NCBI GenBank assembly: GCA_964535475.1
Contig: CAZHTX010000002.1
Location: forward strand, 1 to 38,664
Direction of reading: 5' to 3'
Source: an uncultured Pirellulaceae bacterium
Lineage (GTDB): Bacteria; Planctomycetota; Planctomycetia; Pirellulales; Pirellulaceae
Length of the DNA: 38,664 nucleotides
The position numbers were made by a program, and so were the translations under genes. The notes under the pieces were generated by a model. The model did no database searches. It was not told the origin of the DNA and saw only the letters and a program-made list of their open reading frames with translations. Positions 28,501 to 37,378 of this stretch are shown one piece after another (positions within the stretch are counted from its first letter, which is position 1; each line of letters opens with the position of its first letter).

Positions 28501-29959
28501 AGAGATCATGACCGTCTTGGATGATAGCTCGGCGACCGATCAACGGCGGATCGCCGCAGCTCAACAGCTGTTAGGCCTGCTGCCCGAGAGTCCCCAAGTG
28601 GTTGAATCCATTTTGCAAACCATTGATCTGCAAATGGCTCCCCGCACGGCGGCTGCGATGATTCAATCGCTTTCTGCCAGTCGCTCTGAAAAGATGGCCG
28701 AATATGTTGTCGACTCCCTTTCGGATTGGACCCCCGCAGTTCGCGAAACGGCGATTCGATTATTGCTCTCGCGCCCCGAGTGGACTTCCGCGTTGATCGC
28801 CGGCTTGCAGGCAAACCAGTTGGCCATGTCCGATCTGGCATTGGATCAACGGCAAGCACTAGCCCGCCACCCGCAAGCGGATATTCGCGCGGCGGCGACC
28901 GAATTAATGAAAGCCGGTGGTGGTCTGCCCAGTCCCGACCGCGTGGCCGTGATTGAGCGTTACCACGACGCTGTCACCCTCAATGGTGATGTGGATCGCG
29001 GGCGTGAAATGTTCAAGCAGCATTGCAGCAAATGCCATCGTCACGGCGATATGGGCGTGGAGATTGGGCCGGAATTGACCGGCATGGCCGTGCACCCTCG
29101 CGAGGAGTTGTTGGTCCATATTCTTGACCCCAGCCGCAGTGTCGAAGGTAACTTTCGCTCCTACACCGTGCTCACGCTCGAGGGTCGCGTGCTGACTGGC
29201 ATGCTGGCTGGCGAATCTCGCACGACGATCGAGTTGATCGACACCAATGGTAAACGGGAAACTTTACCTCGTGCTGATATTGAAGAGCTAGCCGCATCAA
29301 CAAAGTCGGTGATGCCCGAAGGGTTTGAGGATCAATTAAATGTCGAGCAGATGACTGATCTGTTAGAGTTCTTGACGGCACGTGGTAAGTATCTGCCTCT
29401 TGATCTTCGCGCCGCAGCCACTTTGCCCAGCGACCGCCCCATGTTCTATGGCGGTGAAGGCGAGGTCATGCTGCTCGACGATTGGGGCCCGCGGCAAGTG
29501 GAAGGCGTGCCGTTCAGCATCATCAAGCCTAATAATGGCCGAGTTGCTAACTTGATCATGCTGCACGGCCCCAACGGCCGAATTCCGCCGGAACTGCCTC
29601 GATCGGTTGAGTTCCCAGTCAACTCAACCGCCAAAGCGATTCACATGCTCGGTGGCGTTGGCGGTTGGAATGCCAAAGCGTCGGTTCCCAATGGACCGGC
29701 TGTAATGACAGTTCGAATCTGGTACGCCGACGGCAGCCAAGAAGACCATGTCTTGCGAGATGGAGTCCATTTCGCTGATTACATTGGTCCTTTTGATGTT
29801 CCCGGTAGCAAACCAGCTTTCAAGCTGCAACGTGGTTTTCAGATGCGATATCTCAAACTGGAACCGGCGAAGACCGACCAGCTGATTGAGAAGATTCAGT
29901 TGCTCAAGAATAACCACACCAGCTCTCCGATCACGATGGCGATCACTTTGGAAGGTTAG
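25550..29959 (+). CDS. PVC-type heme-binding protein: ThuA-like domain + dehydrogenase-like propeller + HEAT repeats + cytochrome c + C-terminal domain
   Basis: Signal peptide; ThuA motifs (GGGFIPLHCAS, GRVFYTAWGHD). Propeller motifs (PIAMNWDERGRLWV, DTDGD, NNTWG, GPDGNYWVLDWYN), a helical repeat region, and CSKCH...GPELT...MPEG. Confidence 0.88.
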   Translation: MRFLICLLSCWAMFSSSITVAQEAAKPAQSEPRLAVLFLGDNGHHQPPQRFAQLAPRLASRGIQLTYTDAMSDLNAETLGKYDGLIVYANQDTIEPDQATALLSYVREGGGFIPLHCASFCFRNSAEYVELVGGQFQRHGGEVFGTEIAEPEHPVMQGFGGFRSWDETYIHTLENPDREILEYRVEGDQAAGRDREPYTWVRTFGEGRVFYTAWGHDHRTFGNPGFINLVERGIRWACGGDPSLAGPFQQRDPFVMPEMTEIAADAAPFEYDTISGNKIPNYLAGENWGTQGKPLTRMQKPLSPADSLQHYVTPRDFSVALYASEENMGAKPIAMNWDERGRLWVCLTIDYPNELRRPGQGNDRIVICEDTDGDQVADKFTQFADQLSIPTALVHYRGGVIVQDGTRTLYLKDTDGDDVADIRQVLITGWQLGDTHGGVSNFRYGLDNWIWAMQGYNDSTPKFAGGTAGPFRMGFFRFKLDANDPPNVTDLEFIRSSNNNTWGLGISEEGLIFGSTANRHPSLFMPIANRYYERVRGWGPVQLSSISDDHLFEPITENVRQVDHHGGYTAGAGHSLYTARRYPQTWWNRIAVVNGPTGHLAGIFELSPSGAGFTSQSPGNLIASDDEWSAPILTEVGPDGNYWVLDWYNYIVQHNPTPQGFETGRGNAYESDLRDKIHGRIVRVTHGDDSDIEFPQLSTEDPQTAVATLAHSNMLWRLHAQRLLVERGQLDVVDALVATLSDRSVDAIGLNVGVIHALWTLDGLGAISSGSQAESAVAALLDHPSAGVRRAAIQVLPKTAENAERVLARGLLADEDAQVQLAAILALSDTGEVAPAVVAEIARLAADPTIQADRWLQDAVTSAAAVHASDFLAAYVRQSGPASDRQATLVRRVAEHVARARPGAELSELFASLGGADAARIAPILAGLNQGWPADHKVPAADSLEGSLLQLAEQLPPAELSQLVSLSNRLGSNVLANYAERVAEEIMTVLDDSSATDQRRIAAAQQLLGLLPESPQVVESILQTIDLQMAPRTAAAMIQSLSASRSEKMAEYVVDSLSDWTPAVRETAIRLLLSRPEWTSALIAGLQANQLAMSDLALDQRQALARHPQADIRAAATELMKAGGGLPSPDRVAVIERYHDAVTLNGDVDRGREMFKQHCSKCHRHGDMGVEIGPELTGMAVHPREELLVHILDPSRSVEGNFRSYTVLTLEGRVLTGMLAGESRTTIELIDTNGKRETLPRADIEELAASTKSVMPEGFEDQLNVEQMTDLLEFLTARGKYLPLDLRAAATLPSDRPMFYGGEGEVMLLDDWGPRQVEGVPFSIIKPNNGRVANLIMLHGPNGRIPPELPRSVEFPVNSTAKAIHMLGGVGGWNAKASVPNGPAVMTVRIWYADGSQEDHVLRDGVHFADYIGPFDVPGSKPAFKLQRGFQMRYLKLEPAKTDQLIEKIQLLKNNHTSSPITMAITLEG

Positions 29960-30050
29960 ACTTGACTGAGCCTGATATGGCGGGCGATGCAAACCGATTA
30001 AACTCAGTGGACCTCGCGGTTCATCTCGTGCTCTTTTTGCTCGCCTGCCA

Positions 30051-31526
30051 ATGTCGTCCGCACGAAGTCGATACGGATTTATCCTCAGCGGCATCCTCTT
30101 CGGATGCCTGCTGTGGGGACTCTGTGCCTACTGGGATTTGCCACCGGCCGCCCGCTGGTGTGCATTCACGGCGGGAGTGTGCGCGACGTGGTGGGTCACC
30201 GAGGCCTTGCCGCTACCGGCGACCGGTTTGGTGCCGTTCGTTGTTTTTCCCTTAACGGGAGTCATGGACCAAGCACAGGTCGCGCAAGGCTACGGCCATC
30301 GAGCGATTTTGTTGTTGATGGGCGGATTCTTTCTCTCCGCCGCAATGGAGCGGAGTGGAGTTCACCGGCGAATCGCTCTCGGGTTGGTTAATCTGGTCGG
30401 CGGTGACAGCGGCCCGCGATTGGTGATGGGCTTCATGTTGGCGACCGGGCTGCTCAGCATGTGGGTCAGCAATACGGCCACAACTTTGATGATGTTGCCG
30501 ATCGCGCTTGCCGTCTTACAACAGGCAAGGACTCCCGGGTTGCGAGTTGCCTTATTGCTGGGGATTGCTTATTCGGCCAGCATCGGTGGCATGGCGACCC
30601 CGGTGGGCACGCCCCCGAACGTGTTATTTATCGCAGCTTACAGTCAACAAACCAACCAGAGCATGGGGTTTGTGGAGTGGGGCCGTGTTTCCTTGCCCAT
30701 CGTCTGTGTCCTGTTGCCGACGGTCTGGTTTGTCTTGACCCGCGGATTGAAGCTCCGTGAACCCATTACAATGCCCACCGTGGGCGCGTGGCGGACCAGT
30801 GAGATTCGCGTTTTGATTGTTTTTATTCTCACCGCTTTGGCTTGGGTCTTCCGCACCGCACCCGCTGGCGGTTGGGTCAACTGGATTGGTGCGGTCGACT
30901 CGACTGGTAAACCATTGGCTGGGGATTCGACGGTGGCCCTGGCGTCAGCGCTAGCCTTGTTCTTGATCCCCGCTGGAGATTCGACCGCTAGCGATAGCGA
31001 CTCGAGTGTTGATCACGACCAGATAACAGCACCGCCCCCCAGGCAATATAATGGACTGCTCGACTGGGAAACTGCCAAACACATTCCTTGGGGAATCTTG
31101 TTGTTGTTCGGCGGCGGCTTGGCGCTTGCTTCCGGATTTCAAAGCAGTGGCTTAAGTGATCAGATTGGCCAGACGATGAGCGGACTCAGCAACCTGCATC
31201 CATTGCTGATTGTCTTTGTCGTTTGTTTGCTCGTTAATTTTCTTACTGAGCTAACCAGCAGCACCGCCACCACAGCATTGTTGTTGCCAATCTTGGCTGA
31301 AACGGCCAGAGCAGCCGACTTGCCACTCGCCATGATTATGATATCAGGCACAATTGCCGCTAGCTGTGCTTTCATGCTGCCCGTTGCCACCGCCCCCAAC
31401 ACGATCGTGTTCGGCGCTGGTGGCTTGTCGACGATTGATATGGCTCGTCGAGGTTGGGCGCTAAATATTTGGTCCACCATTGTGATCAGCTTGGTAAGCT
31501 GGTGGTTGCTCTCCGCAGCCCCCTAG
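30051..31526 (+). CDS. SLC13/DASS family sodium-coupled anion (dicarboxylate/sulfate) transporter
   Basis: Motifs WWVTEALP, LSMWVSNTAT, GGMATPVGTPPN, TELTSSTAT and AFMLPVATAPN; many TM segments. Confidence 0.9.
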   Translation: MSSARSRYGFILSGILFGCLLWGLCAYWDLPPAARWCAFTAGVCATWWVTEALPLPATGLVPFVVFPLTGVMDQAQVAQGYGHRAILLLMGGFFLSAAMERSGVHRRIALGLVNLVGGDSGPRLVMGFMLATGLLSMWVSNTATTLMMLPIALAVLQQARTPGLRVALLLGIAYSASIGGMATPVGTPPNVLFIAAYSQQTNQSMGFVEWGRVSLPIVCVLLPTVWFVLTRGLKLREPITMPTVGAWRTSEIRVLIVFILTALAWVFRTAPAGGWVNWIGAVDSTGKPLAGDSTVALASALALFLIPAGDSTASDSDSSVDHDQITAPPPRQYNGLLDWETAKHIPWGILLLFGGGLALASGFQSSGLSDQIGQTMSGLSNLHPLLIVFVVCLLVNFLTELTSSTATTALLLPILAETARAADLPLAMIMISGTIAASCAFMLPVATAPNTIVFGAGGLSTIDMARRGWALNIWSTIVISLVSWWLLSAAP

Positions 31527-31602
31527 CTCACCAGCCCACCCTGAGGCAGCGCAATCGAAGCTGGCCGAGTCGGCTAGACGATAAGTCACGCTACCCACCG
31601 AA

Positions 31603-32283
31603 TTACAGCATCGGCGGTGGTGGCGGCGGCGGTGGCGGTGGCGGTGGATCCTCAGCGGGTGGCGGTGGATCCTCAGCGGGTGGTGGTGGGTCGTCTGCAG
31701 GTGGGGGTGGATCATCCGCAGGCGGAGGGTCATCTGCAGGCGGAGGATCTTCTGGAGGCGGAGGATCTTCTGGAGGCGGAGGATCTTCTGGAGGCGGTGG
31801 GGGAGGCTCGGGTAGACCTTGAATTTGCACCAGGGGCGACCGTTCCGTCAGCAACGTAATATCACTTCGCAAAACCGCGTCGCCCATAAAGCGTGGTAGC
31901 ACCCAGCTGTTTTGCGTGATCGGAACTTCAACTTCAACACGCACGCTGGTGGTCTGTTCCAGAATCGGATTAGGCGAGACTGTGATTTGAGCGAACTCGA
32001 TGCCGGCTCGGTCTAACAGATCACGCGCAGCCGCCTCCGCCTCGGCAACCGTGGCCCCGGGGACAATGGCGTGCCGAGCTCCTTCGTAGGCGCTGTTATC
32101 CGCTGAGTGCCTTAGCATGCTGACGCGGGAAAACTCAAAAGCTGTCATCACAAACAGCACGAGGATAGCGATGGTTAGGGAGAATTCAACAGTTGTCGCA
32201 CCGCGACGAATTTGTTTTGACTGGCCTGTCCACAGGGTTCGCGGGCAGCGTACAGGCGGAGCATTTTGCAGTGCCTTTTTCAT
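31603..32283 (-). CDS. TadE/TadG-like pseudopilin with a long Pro/acidic C-terminal tail
   Basis: Prepilin-like cleavage motif RRGATTVEF, a hydrophobic helix and AYEGARHA; about 70-aa tail of PPPPED/PPPADD repeats. Start uncertain (32283 or 32298). Confidence 0.82.
   Translation of the reverse strand: MKKALQNAPPVRCPRTLWTGQSKQIRRGATTVEFSLTIAILVLFVMTAFEFSRVSMLRHSADNSAYEGARHAIVPGATVAEAEAAARDLLDRAGIEFAQITVSPNPILEQTTSVRVEVEVPITQNSWVLPRFMGDAVLRSDITLLTERSPLVQIQGLPEPPPPPPEDPPPPEDPPPPEDPPPADDPPPADDPPPPADDPPPPAEDPPPPAEDPPPPPPPPPPPPML
31612..31806. repeat. Coding tandem repeats (18- and 21-bp units) encoding the polyproline tail
   Basis: GGAGGATCTTCTGGAGGC x3, GGCGGTGGATCCTCAGCGGGT x2, plus GGC/GGT runs. 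Confidence 0.9.
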
Positions 32284-32344
32284 AGTTCTAGCAATCACCT
32301 GGTGCTTCTCGCTTTATATACTCAATAACGAAATCACTACGCTG

Positions 32345-33460
32345 TTATCGTGTCAGCAACGTAGGTAATTGACGGGCAATATCTTCGAATGCAGCGGAGA
32401 GTTGGGCAGCCGTACTTGCGTGGTAATGACTACCGCCACCCTTGTTGGCCACGTCGAGCATCAGGGTGTGATCGGCCTCGTTCGAGAAAGTCACTGAGAA
32501 GACCATAACACCTTGCTTGGCGGCGTGCTTCGCCGCCCACCTGGGGTCGGACCCCGTGTTGTGAATACCATCGGTCATTACGATGGCAACCTTGTTCGCC
32601 CAAGGACGTGTCGTCTCCGCATGGCCAAGGGTCCACAGTGCCGTGTAGATCCCATCGCCAATGTTGGTCCCACCAGCGTGAAAAGCATAAGAGTAATTAT
32701 TGAGACTATTTGCTATTGAAGCGTAGTCCGTCGTGGCTAATAAGTCGACATTGGGATCGTGATGGTAGGTGACTAAGGAAACGCGTTCGGAATGGGGCGT
32801 GGCCTGCATTTCATTTAAAAAGACCTGCACCGCGGCGATCGTGTCGAGCCACCGCGCTTGCGGAGGTACCGGGTCCCCGAAATCCCAACCAGCTGGCGCG
32901 GCGGCCGGCACGGGTGGGTAAGCGGCGACTTCATTTGCCGCATATGCCATCGACCCTGAACGGTCAATAATCAAAGCGATGTCCAGCTCGACCTGCGTAC
33001 TAATCGCCGAACGGATCGGAGCAATGGTTAACGTGGGGCCAATCGAACCAAATAGCCGTTGGACGCCCTGGCTGGCAAAACCATTGCTAGTAATTCTGAC
33101 AGAATTGGCATTTCCACCCGACGAAAAATTGTATCGCGAAAACAATGATTCGCGGTGCGCTACGCCAAATTCCAGATCTCCGAAATTCAACGGAAAAGCT
33201 TCTCCACCCACCGTATTACGCTGCGCCAATTGCTGCGCGATACCAAACGCTTGATCCGCATCTCCAGTGCGAGCAAAGACGCGTCCCGCAGCCCGAGCCG
33301 ATACGTCCGTGGCAATCTGAGCCTCCGTGCGAATCAACTGAATGTAGGAAATGTTGATCGCCAGTGCTGATAACAGAAACAGAATCGGTAAAAGCACTAC
33401 GATCAGCACCATCATCGCGCCACGACGACGACCTAGCTTATTTTTTTTCGTCATAATCAT
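32345..33460 (-). CDS. TadG-like protein with a C-terminal vWA domain
   Basis: RRGAMMVL followed by a TM helix; MIDAS motifs IIDRSGSM, GGTNIGDG and VMTDG. Overlaps the upstream tadE by 4 nt. Confidence 0.88.
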   Translation of the reverse strand: MIMTKKNKLGRRRGAMMVLIVVLLPILFLLSALAINISYIQLIRTEAQIATDVSARAAGRVFARTGDADQAFGIAQQLAQRNTVGGEAFPLNFGDLEFGVAHRESLFSRYNFSSGGNANSVRITSNGFASQGVQRLFGSIGPTLTIAPIRSAISTQVELDIALIIDRSGSMAYAANEVAAYPPVPAAAPAGWDFGDPVPPQARWLDTIAAVQVFLNEMQATPHSERVSLVTYHHDPNVDLLATTDYASIANSLNNYSYAFHAGGTNIGDGIYTALWTLGHAETTRPWANKVAIVMTDGIHNTGSDPRWAAKHAAKQGVMVFSVTFSNEADHTLMLDVANKGGGSHYHASTAAQLSAAFEDIARQLPTLLTR

Positions 33461-33861
33461 TCAGCCATTACCTCAACAGATTCTGTAAATTGACGACCAT
33501 CGTAGAACCAGCCACCAATTAGTGAATTCGGTGTGCAGGGGGCGGAGACCGAGACGCGAAAGAAATCACCCGGTTGCAAACTACTTGGGTCGGTCGGGCT
33601 CAAAGTAACGCCGTAATCGGCAATATCCCTGTTCACTAAAATTAAATCGCTTTGCGCAAGCACGTTGGTGGGATCAGCACCCGGAACCATACCCACCCGA
33701 GCTCCCTCGTAAGCAGCAATCTTCAAGCTCTGCTTGAGATAGATCATCGCGCACGCTTCGACAGTGGCCAATGAGATCAACACCAGCAGAGGTAGGCAGA
33801 CAGCCAATTCCACCACGGCTGCCCCAGCCCGCTTTTTACGTCTTCGATTTTGCTGCATCAT
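33457..33861 (-). CDS. TadE-like pseudopilin
   Basis: RAGAAVVELAVCLPLL followed by AAYEGARV. Confidence 0.85.
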   Translation of the reverse strand: MMQQNRRRKKRAGAAVVELAVCLPLLVLISLATVEACAMIYLKQSLKIAAYEGARVGMVPGADPTNVLAQSDLILVNRDIADYGVTLSPTDPSSLQPGDFFRVSVSAPCTPNSLIGGWFYDGRQFTESVEVMAE

Positions 33862-34083
33862 TCGCAATCCGCTTTCTCTGATTTTTCATCGGGAGTTTAA
33901 TCAGCTTTGCTACGAGCCAGTGGCTACCCCGCCGATTAGGCCCCCGCCAACGGAAGCTTAGCTCACCAATCAGGGACTGGCAAAACGCGACTGGACCTGA
34001 AGCCAATTTTCTGCTCACTTCTAGCCAACTACTTCTTTGCTCCTCAATGCTCGTCGTCACCTCACGGAACGAACCCCCCATCG

Positions 34084-36063
34084 ATGGCTGGACTTAATCC
34101 CTTTCAGCAAGCCGCGGTAGATACCCTTCAAGGACCACTCCTCGTGCTGGCCGGTGCAGGTTCCGGCAAGACGCGAGTCGTTACTTTCCGCATCGCCAAC
34201 CTGATCCGCCACGGAACCGCCGCGGATCGCATTTTGGCGGTTACATTTACCAATAAAGCGGCCGGCGAAATGCAAGAACGCATCGCCGCGCTGATCGGTA
34301 AAGGGGGCCGTTTTCGCAAGGGCCAAGCCAAGCCGGCGATCGGTACATTTCACTCCCAATGTGTCGGTATCTTGCGTCGCCATGCACCCAAAATGGGGTA
34401 CCCAGCGGCGTTTGCAATCTACGACCGGGGTGATCAGGAGTCGATGGCCCGCAGTGTCTTGCGGCAACTCAAACTGGGCAATCAAGCCCTCCGCCCAGGA
34501 GATCTGTTAGCGATCCTTGGTGGCTGGAAAAATCAATCAATCGGTCCCGAAGAAGCTTGGTCGGCTGCCCAAACGGATAAAGAGCACCTTGCCGCGGCCG
34601 CCTATCGACGCTATCAGGAAGGTCTGCAGGCCTGTGGCGCGATGGATTTCGACGATTTGCTGTTAAATACCGAACGTCTTTTTGCCCAACATGCCGACGT
34701 TCGCGAACAGGAGAGTGGTCGCTTTGATCACATTCTGGTCGACGAATATCAAGATACCAACGGCAGCCAATACCGGATTATTCGCGCCCTGGCCGACCCG
34801 CATCGTAACCTCTGCGTCGTGGGTGATGACGACCAATCCATCTATGGTTGGCGAGGTGCCGATGTGACGCACATCCTTAATTTCAGCACAGATTGGCCCG
34901 ATGCCAAAGTGGTGCGTCTGGAGCATAACTATCGCAGCGTGGGCTCAATCCTCAACATGGCAAACACGCTGATTCAATATAATAAGAACCGGCACGACAA
35001 AAAGTTAATTGCCGCACGGCCCGAGGGAACGCGGCCACGAATCCAGCAGATGAAAGACGAAACCGAGGAAGCCAAGGAAGTGACTGGTGAAATCGCCCGC
35101 CTGCTATCTCGTAAGACCTATGAACCTCGCGACGTGGCTATCCTCTTTCGCACCAAAGAACAACCGCGCCTCTTCGAAGTCGAATTAAGAAAAGCGAAAG
35201 TCCCCTACGTGCTGCTGGGAAGCCAATCGTTTTATGACCGACGTGAAGTGCGTGACATCATGGCCTATCTAAAGTGGATCGACCAACCTGATGATGAGGT
35301 TTCCTTGCTGCGGATCATCAACACTCCGCCCCGTGGTCTCGGTACGAAAACAATTCAGCAAATCGTGCAACGCGCCGTCAGCAGTGGTCGCAGCGCTTGG
35401 GCCGTTTGTTGTGATGCGGCTGCGGTCCAAGATTTACCACCCGCAGCCCGCCGCGGAATTGATGACCTGAGGATGTTGATGTCCGACGTGCGGCTCAAAG
35501 CCAAATCGGACTCGGTAGCGGACGCGACGCGAACTCTGCTGGAACGCACCGCCTACATGGATGAACTGCGACGCCTCTACGACGATGACGCGGAACGAGA
35601 AGCTCGCGGCAACTCGCTGCAGGAAGTCGTCAACTCCGTTGCCGCCTACGAGGATCGAGCCGATGAGGCCTCGCTGGCCGGTTTTCTCACCGAAACCGCG
35701 CTCGCCGGCCGGGAAATGGGAAGCGAAAAAGATAAAGCCGCTGCCCAAAATGCTGTCTGGTTGCTAACGCTGCACGCTGCCAAAGGGCTGGAATTTCCCA
35801 TCGTCTATATGGTTGGTATGGAAGAGGGAATTCTGCCGCACCATCGCAGCGTTGCCGGTGAAGATGAACAGATTGATGAGGAACGTCGATTGTGCTACGT
35901 CGGTATCACACGCGCCCAAGAAACATTGACGTTGTCCATGTGCTTGTCCAGACGCAAGTGGGGCAAACTGCGACCCACCAACCCCAGCCGTTTCCTCTAT
36001 GAGATTACCGGCAAAGCCGATAACCCCAACCGTTATCGTAAACGCGGTAATCGACCGGCTTGA
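34084..36063 (+). CDS. UvrD/PcrA/Rep family ATP-dependent DNA helicase
   Basis: SF1 motifs AGAGSGKT, TFTNKAA, VDEYQDTN, VGDDDQSIY, NYRS, TLHAAKGLEF and EERRLCYVGITRA. Confidence 0.95.
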   Translation: MAGLNPFQQAAVDTLQGPLLVLAGAGSGKTRVVTFRIANLIRHGTAADRILAVTFTNKAAGEMQERIAALIGKGGRFRKGQAKPAIGTFHSQCVGILRRHAPKMGYPAAFAIYDRGDQESMARSVLRQLKLGNQALRPGDLLAILGGWKNQSIGPEEAWSAAQTDKEHLAAAAYRRYQEGLQACGAMDFDDLLLNTERLFAQHADVREQESGRFDHILVDEYQDTNGSQYRIIRALADPHRNLCVVGDDDQSIYGWRGADVTHILNFSTDWPDAKVVRLEHNYRSVGSILNMANTLIQYNKNRHDKKLIAARPEGTRPRIQQMKDETEEAKEVTGEIARLLSRKTYEPRDVAILFRTKEQPRLFEVELRKAKVPYVLLGSQSFYDRREVRDIMAYLKWIDQPDDEVSLLRIINTPPRGLGTKTIQQIVQRAVSSGRSAWAVCCDAAAVQDLPPAARRGIDDLRMLMSDVRLKAKSDSVADATRTLLERTAYMDELRRLYDDDAEREARGNSLQEVVNSVAAYEDRADEASLAGFLTETALAGREMGSEKDKAAAQNAVWLLTLHAAKGLEFPIVYMVGMEEGILPHHRSVAGEDEQIDEERRLCYVGITRAQETLTLSMCLSRRKWGKLRPTNPSRFLYEITGKADNPNRYRKRGNRPA

Positions 36064-36263
36064 AACAAGCGCACGCCTACCAGGCAGCCGATTGCCAGCA
36101 CGGTCCACATCAACAAATGCAGCGGTTCGGTGACATAGTGGCTGGCCGCATTCTGGTGTTCCACCACGCCGTGCCCCGGGTGAGCGATTGCTCCTGTGCC
36201 GCTGCCGCTGATCATGACCAGTGTCAACAGCGTCGTCATTTTGCCAAAGTACGATGTTCGCAT
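36033..36263 (-). CDS. Small membrane protein with an AHPGHG motif
   Basis: Signal-like N-terminus, AHPGHG at the predicted mature start, SHYVTEPLH and a C-terminal TM helix. Overlaps the helicase 3' end by 31 nt. Confidence 0.55.
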   Translation of the reverse strand: MRTSYFGKMTTLLTLVMISGSGTGAIAHPGHGVVEHQNAASHYVTEPLHLLMWTVLAIGCLVGVRLFQAGRLPRLR

Positions 36264-36334
36264 CAGAGCCACTTGCCTAATAAAAGGTGTAAAAGAAACA
36301 TAAGGAAAAATCATATGAATCGCAAGGAATAACC

Positions 36335-37099
36335 TTACGATCCGGTGGTTGGTCTCCGCAACATCTTTACCACTTCGGCGTGTCCGCGTTGGATCGCGAA
36401 AGCTTCTGCCGTGTCACCATCAATATCCTTGATCTGACGATCGGCACCCGCCGACAGTAATTCGCTCACCACCGCGAGATGTCCTTCTCCCGCCGCAAAC
36501 ATTAGCGCGGTCCAGCCTTCGGCCTTGTCCGTGGCGTTAATCTCACTGCCGGCTGTCAACAGCATCTGCACGACTTCGAGGTTGTCGATTGTTGCCGCGT
36601 ACATCAAGGCCGAACGACCTTCCGTGTCTCGCAAGCGTGGATCGGCCGACTGATCCAATAAAGTGCGAATCACGCGCGTGTGCCCATTGAAGCAAGCCAG
36701 CATCAAAGCCGAACGCCCTTCGGTATCCACGGCGTTCACGTCGATTCCTCGTTCGATCGCCAGCACCATCCGTGGCAAGTTGCCATCGAGAGCGAGTTGA
36801 CGAAATTGCTCCGGGGTAATCGTCGGACCGACTTGTTTTGGGGTGCTCTCTGCTTGCGGCTCATTTTCTTGCTCCGCAGCCGACGCGGGCTCGTCAGCAT
36901 CGGCGGGCGGTTTCGCACCCACTTCGTTGGCCGACTGAGGCTCCACAGCGGTTGGCTCGGAGCCGCAGCCTGATACGAACAGCAAAATCAGCAACAGTGC
37001 TGCGGCGGCCATTGATGGCAGGCATGTTGCCGCGGGCTGGTTATTTTCCGCCCGCAGCGCTCTGCGTATGGCTGGTGGATCAGGCCAATTGACTATCAT
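36335..37099 (-). CDS. Ankyrin-repeat lipoprotein
   Basis: Lipobox (LLFVSG-C), an acidic linker, then ankyrin repeats (GRSALMLA, GRSALMYA, GWTALMFA, GDTA). Start uncertain (37099 or 37012); the 37330 start looks over-extended. Confidence 0.82.
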   Translation of the reverse strand: MIVNWPDPPAIRRALRAENNQPAATCLPSMAAAALLLILLFVSGCGSEPTAVEPQSANEVGAKPPADADEPASAAEQENEPQAESTPKQVGPTITPEQFRQLALDGNLPRMVLAIERGIDVNAVDTEGRSALMLACFNGHTRVIRTLLDQSADPRLRDTEGRSALMYAATIDNLEVVQMLLTAGSEINATDKAEGWTALMFAAGEGHLAVVSELLSAGADRQIKDIDGDTAEAFAIQRGHAEVVKMLRRPTTGS

Positions 37100-37316
37100 A
37101 GCGGGGTCAGTAAAGCGAGAGTTGTTGACGCGGGTCGCACCCGGACTGGAAGCTGTTCGCCAACGAAAAAGTAACTCACGAGCCTGCACTATAGCGACCA
37201 AATTGGAATCTTGCGATTGCAAACACGGACTCGGCCATTGCGTGTAAAATAAGGAGACGTCGGATTCGACCTGCTCACCGCTTTGCGGCGGCCAGTGGTG
37301 TCGTCCCGTCCTGCCG

Positions 37317-37366
37317 CCTTCACTGCCCACCTGCGTTCACTGCCCATCTCCTTCACTGCCCACCTG
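37317..37366. repeat. Three direct repeats of TTCACTGCCCA
   Basis: Copies at 37319, 37336 and 37352. The outer two extend to the identical 17-mer CCTTCACTGCCCACCTG. Confidence 0.85.
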
Positions 37367-37378
37367 TTGTTCGCTGCG

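Noticed and set aside
31454-31859. Gly/Ser-rich (122 aa) and AEDLLE-repeat (80 aa) ORFs on the + strand
   Set aside because: These are antisense shadows of the polyproline tail of the TadE-like gene.
37100-37330. N-terminal extension of the ankyrin ORF
   Set aside because: It would place the lipobox more than 120 residues from the start and runs into the repeat-containing intergenic region.
37317-37366. Direct repeats as a mini-CRISPR
   Set aside because: The repeats are 11-17 nt with 5-6 nt gaps, far below CRISPR dimensions, and no cas genes are present.
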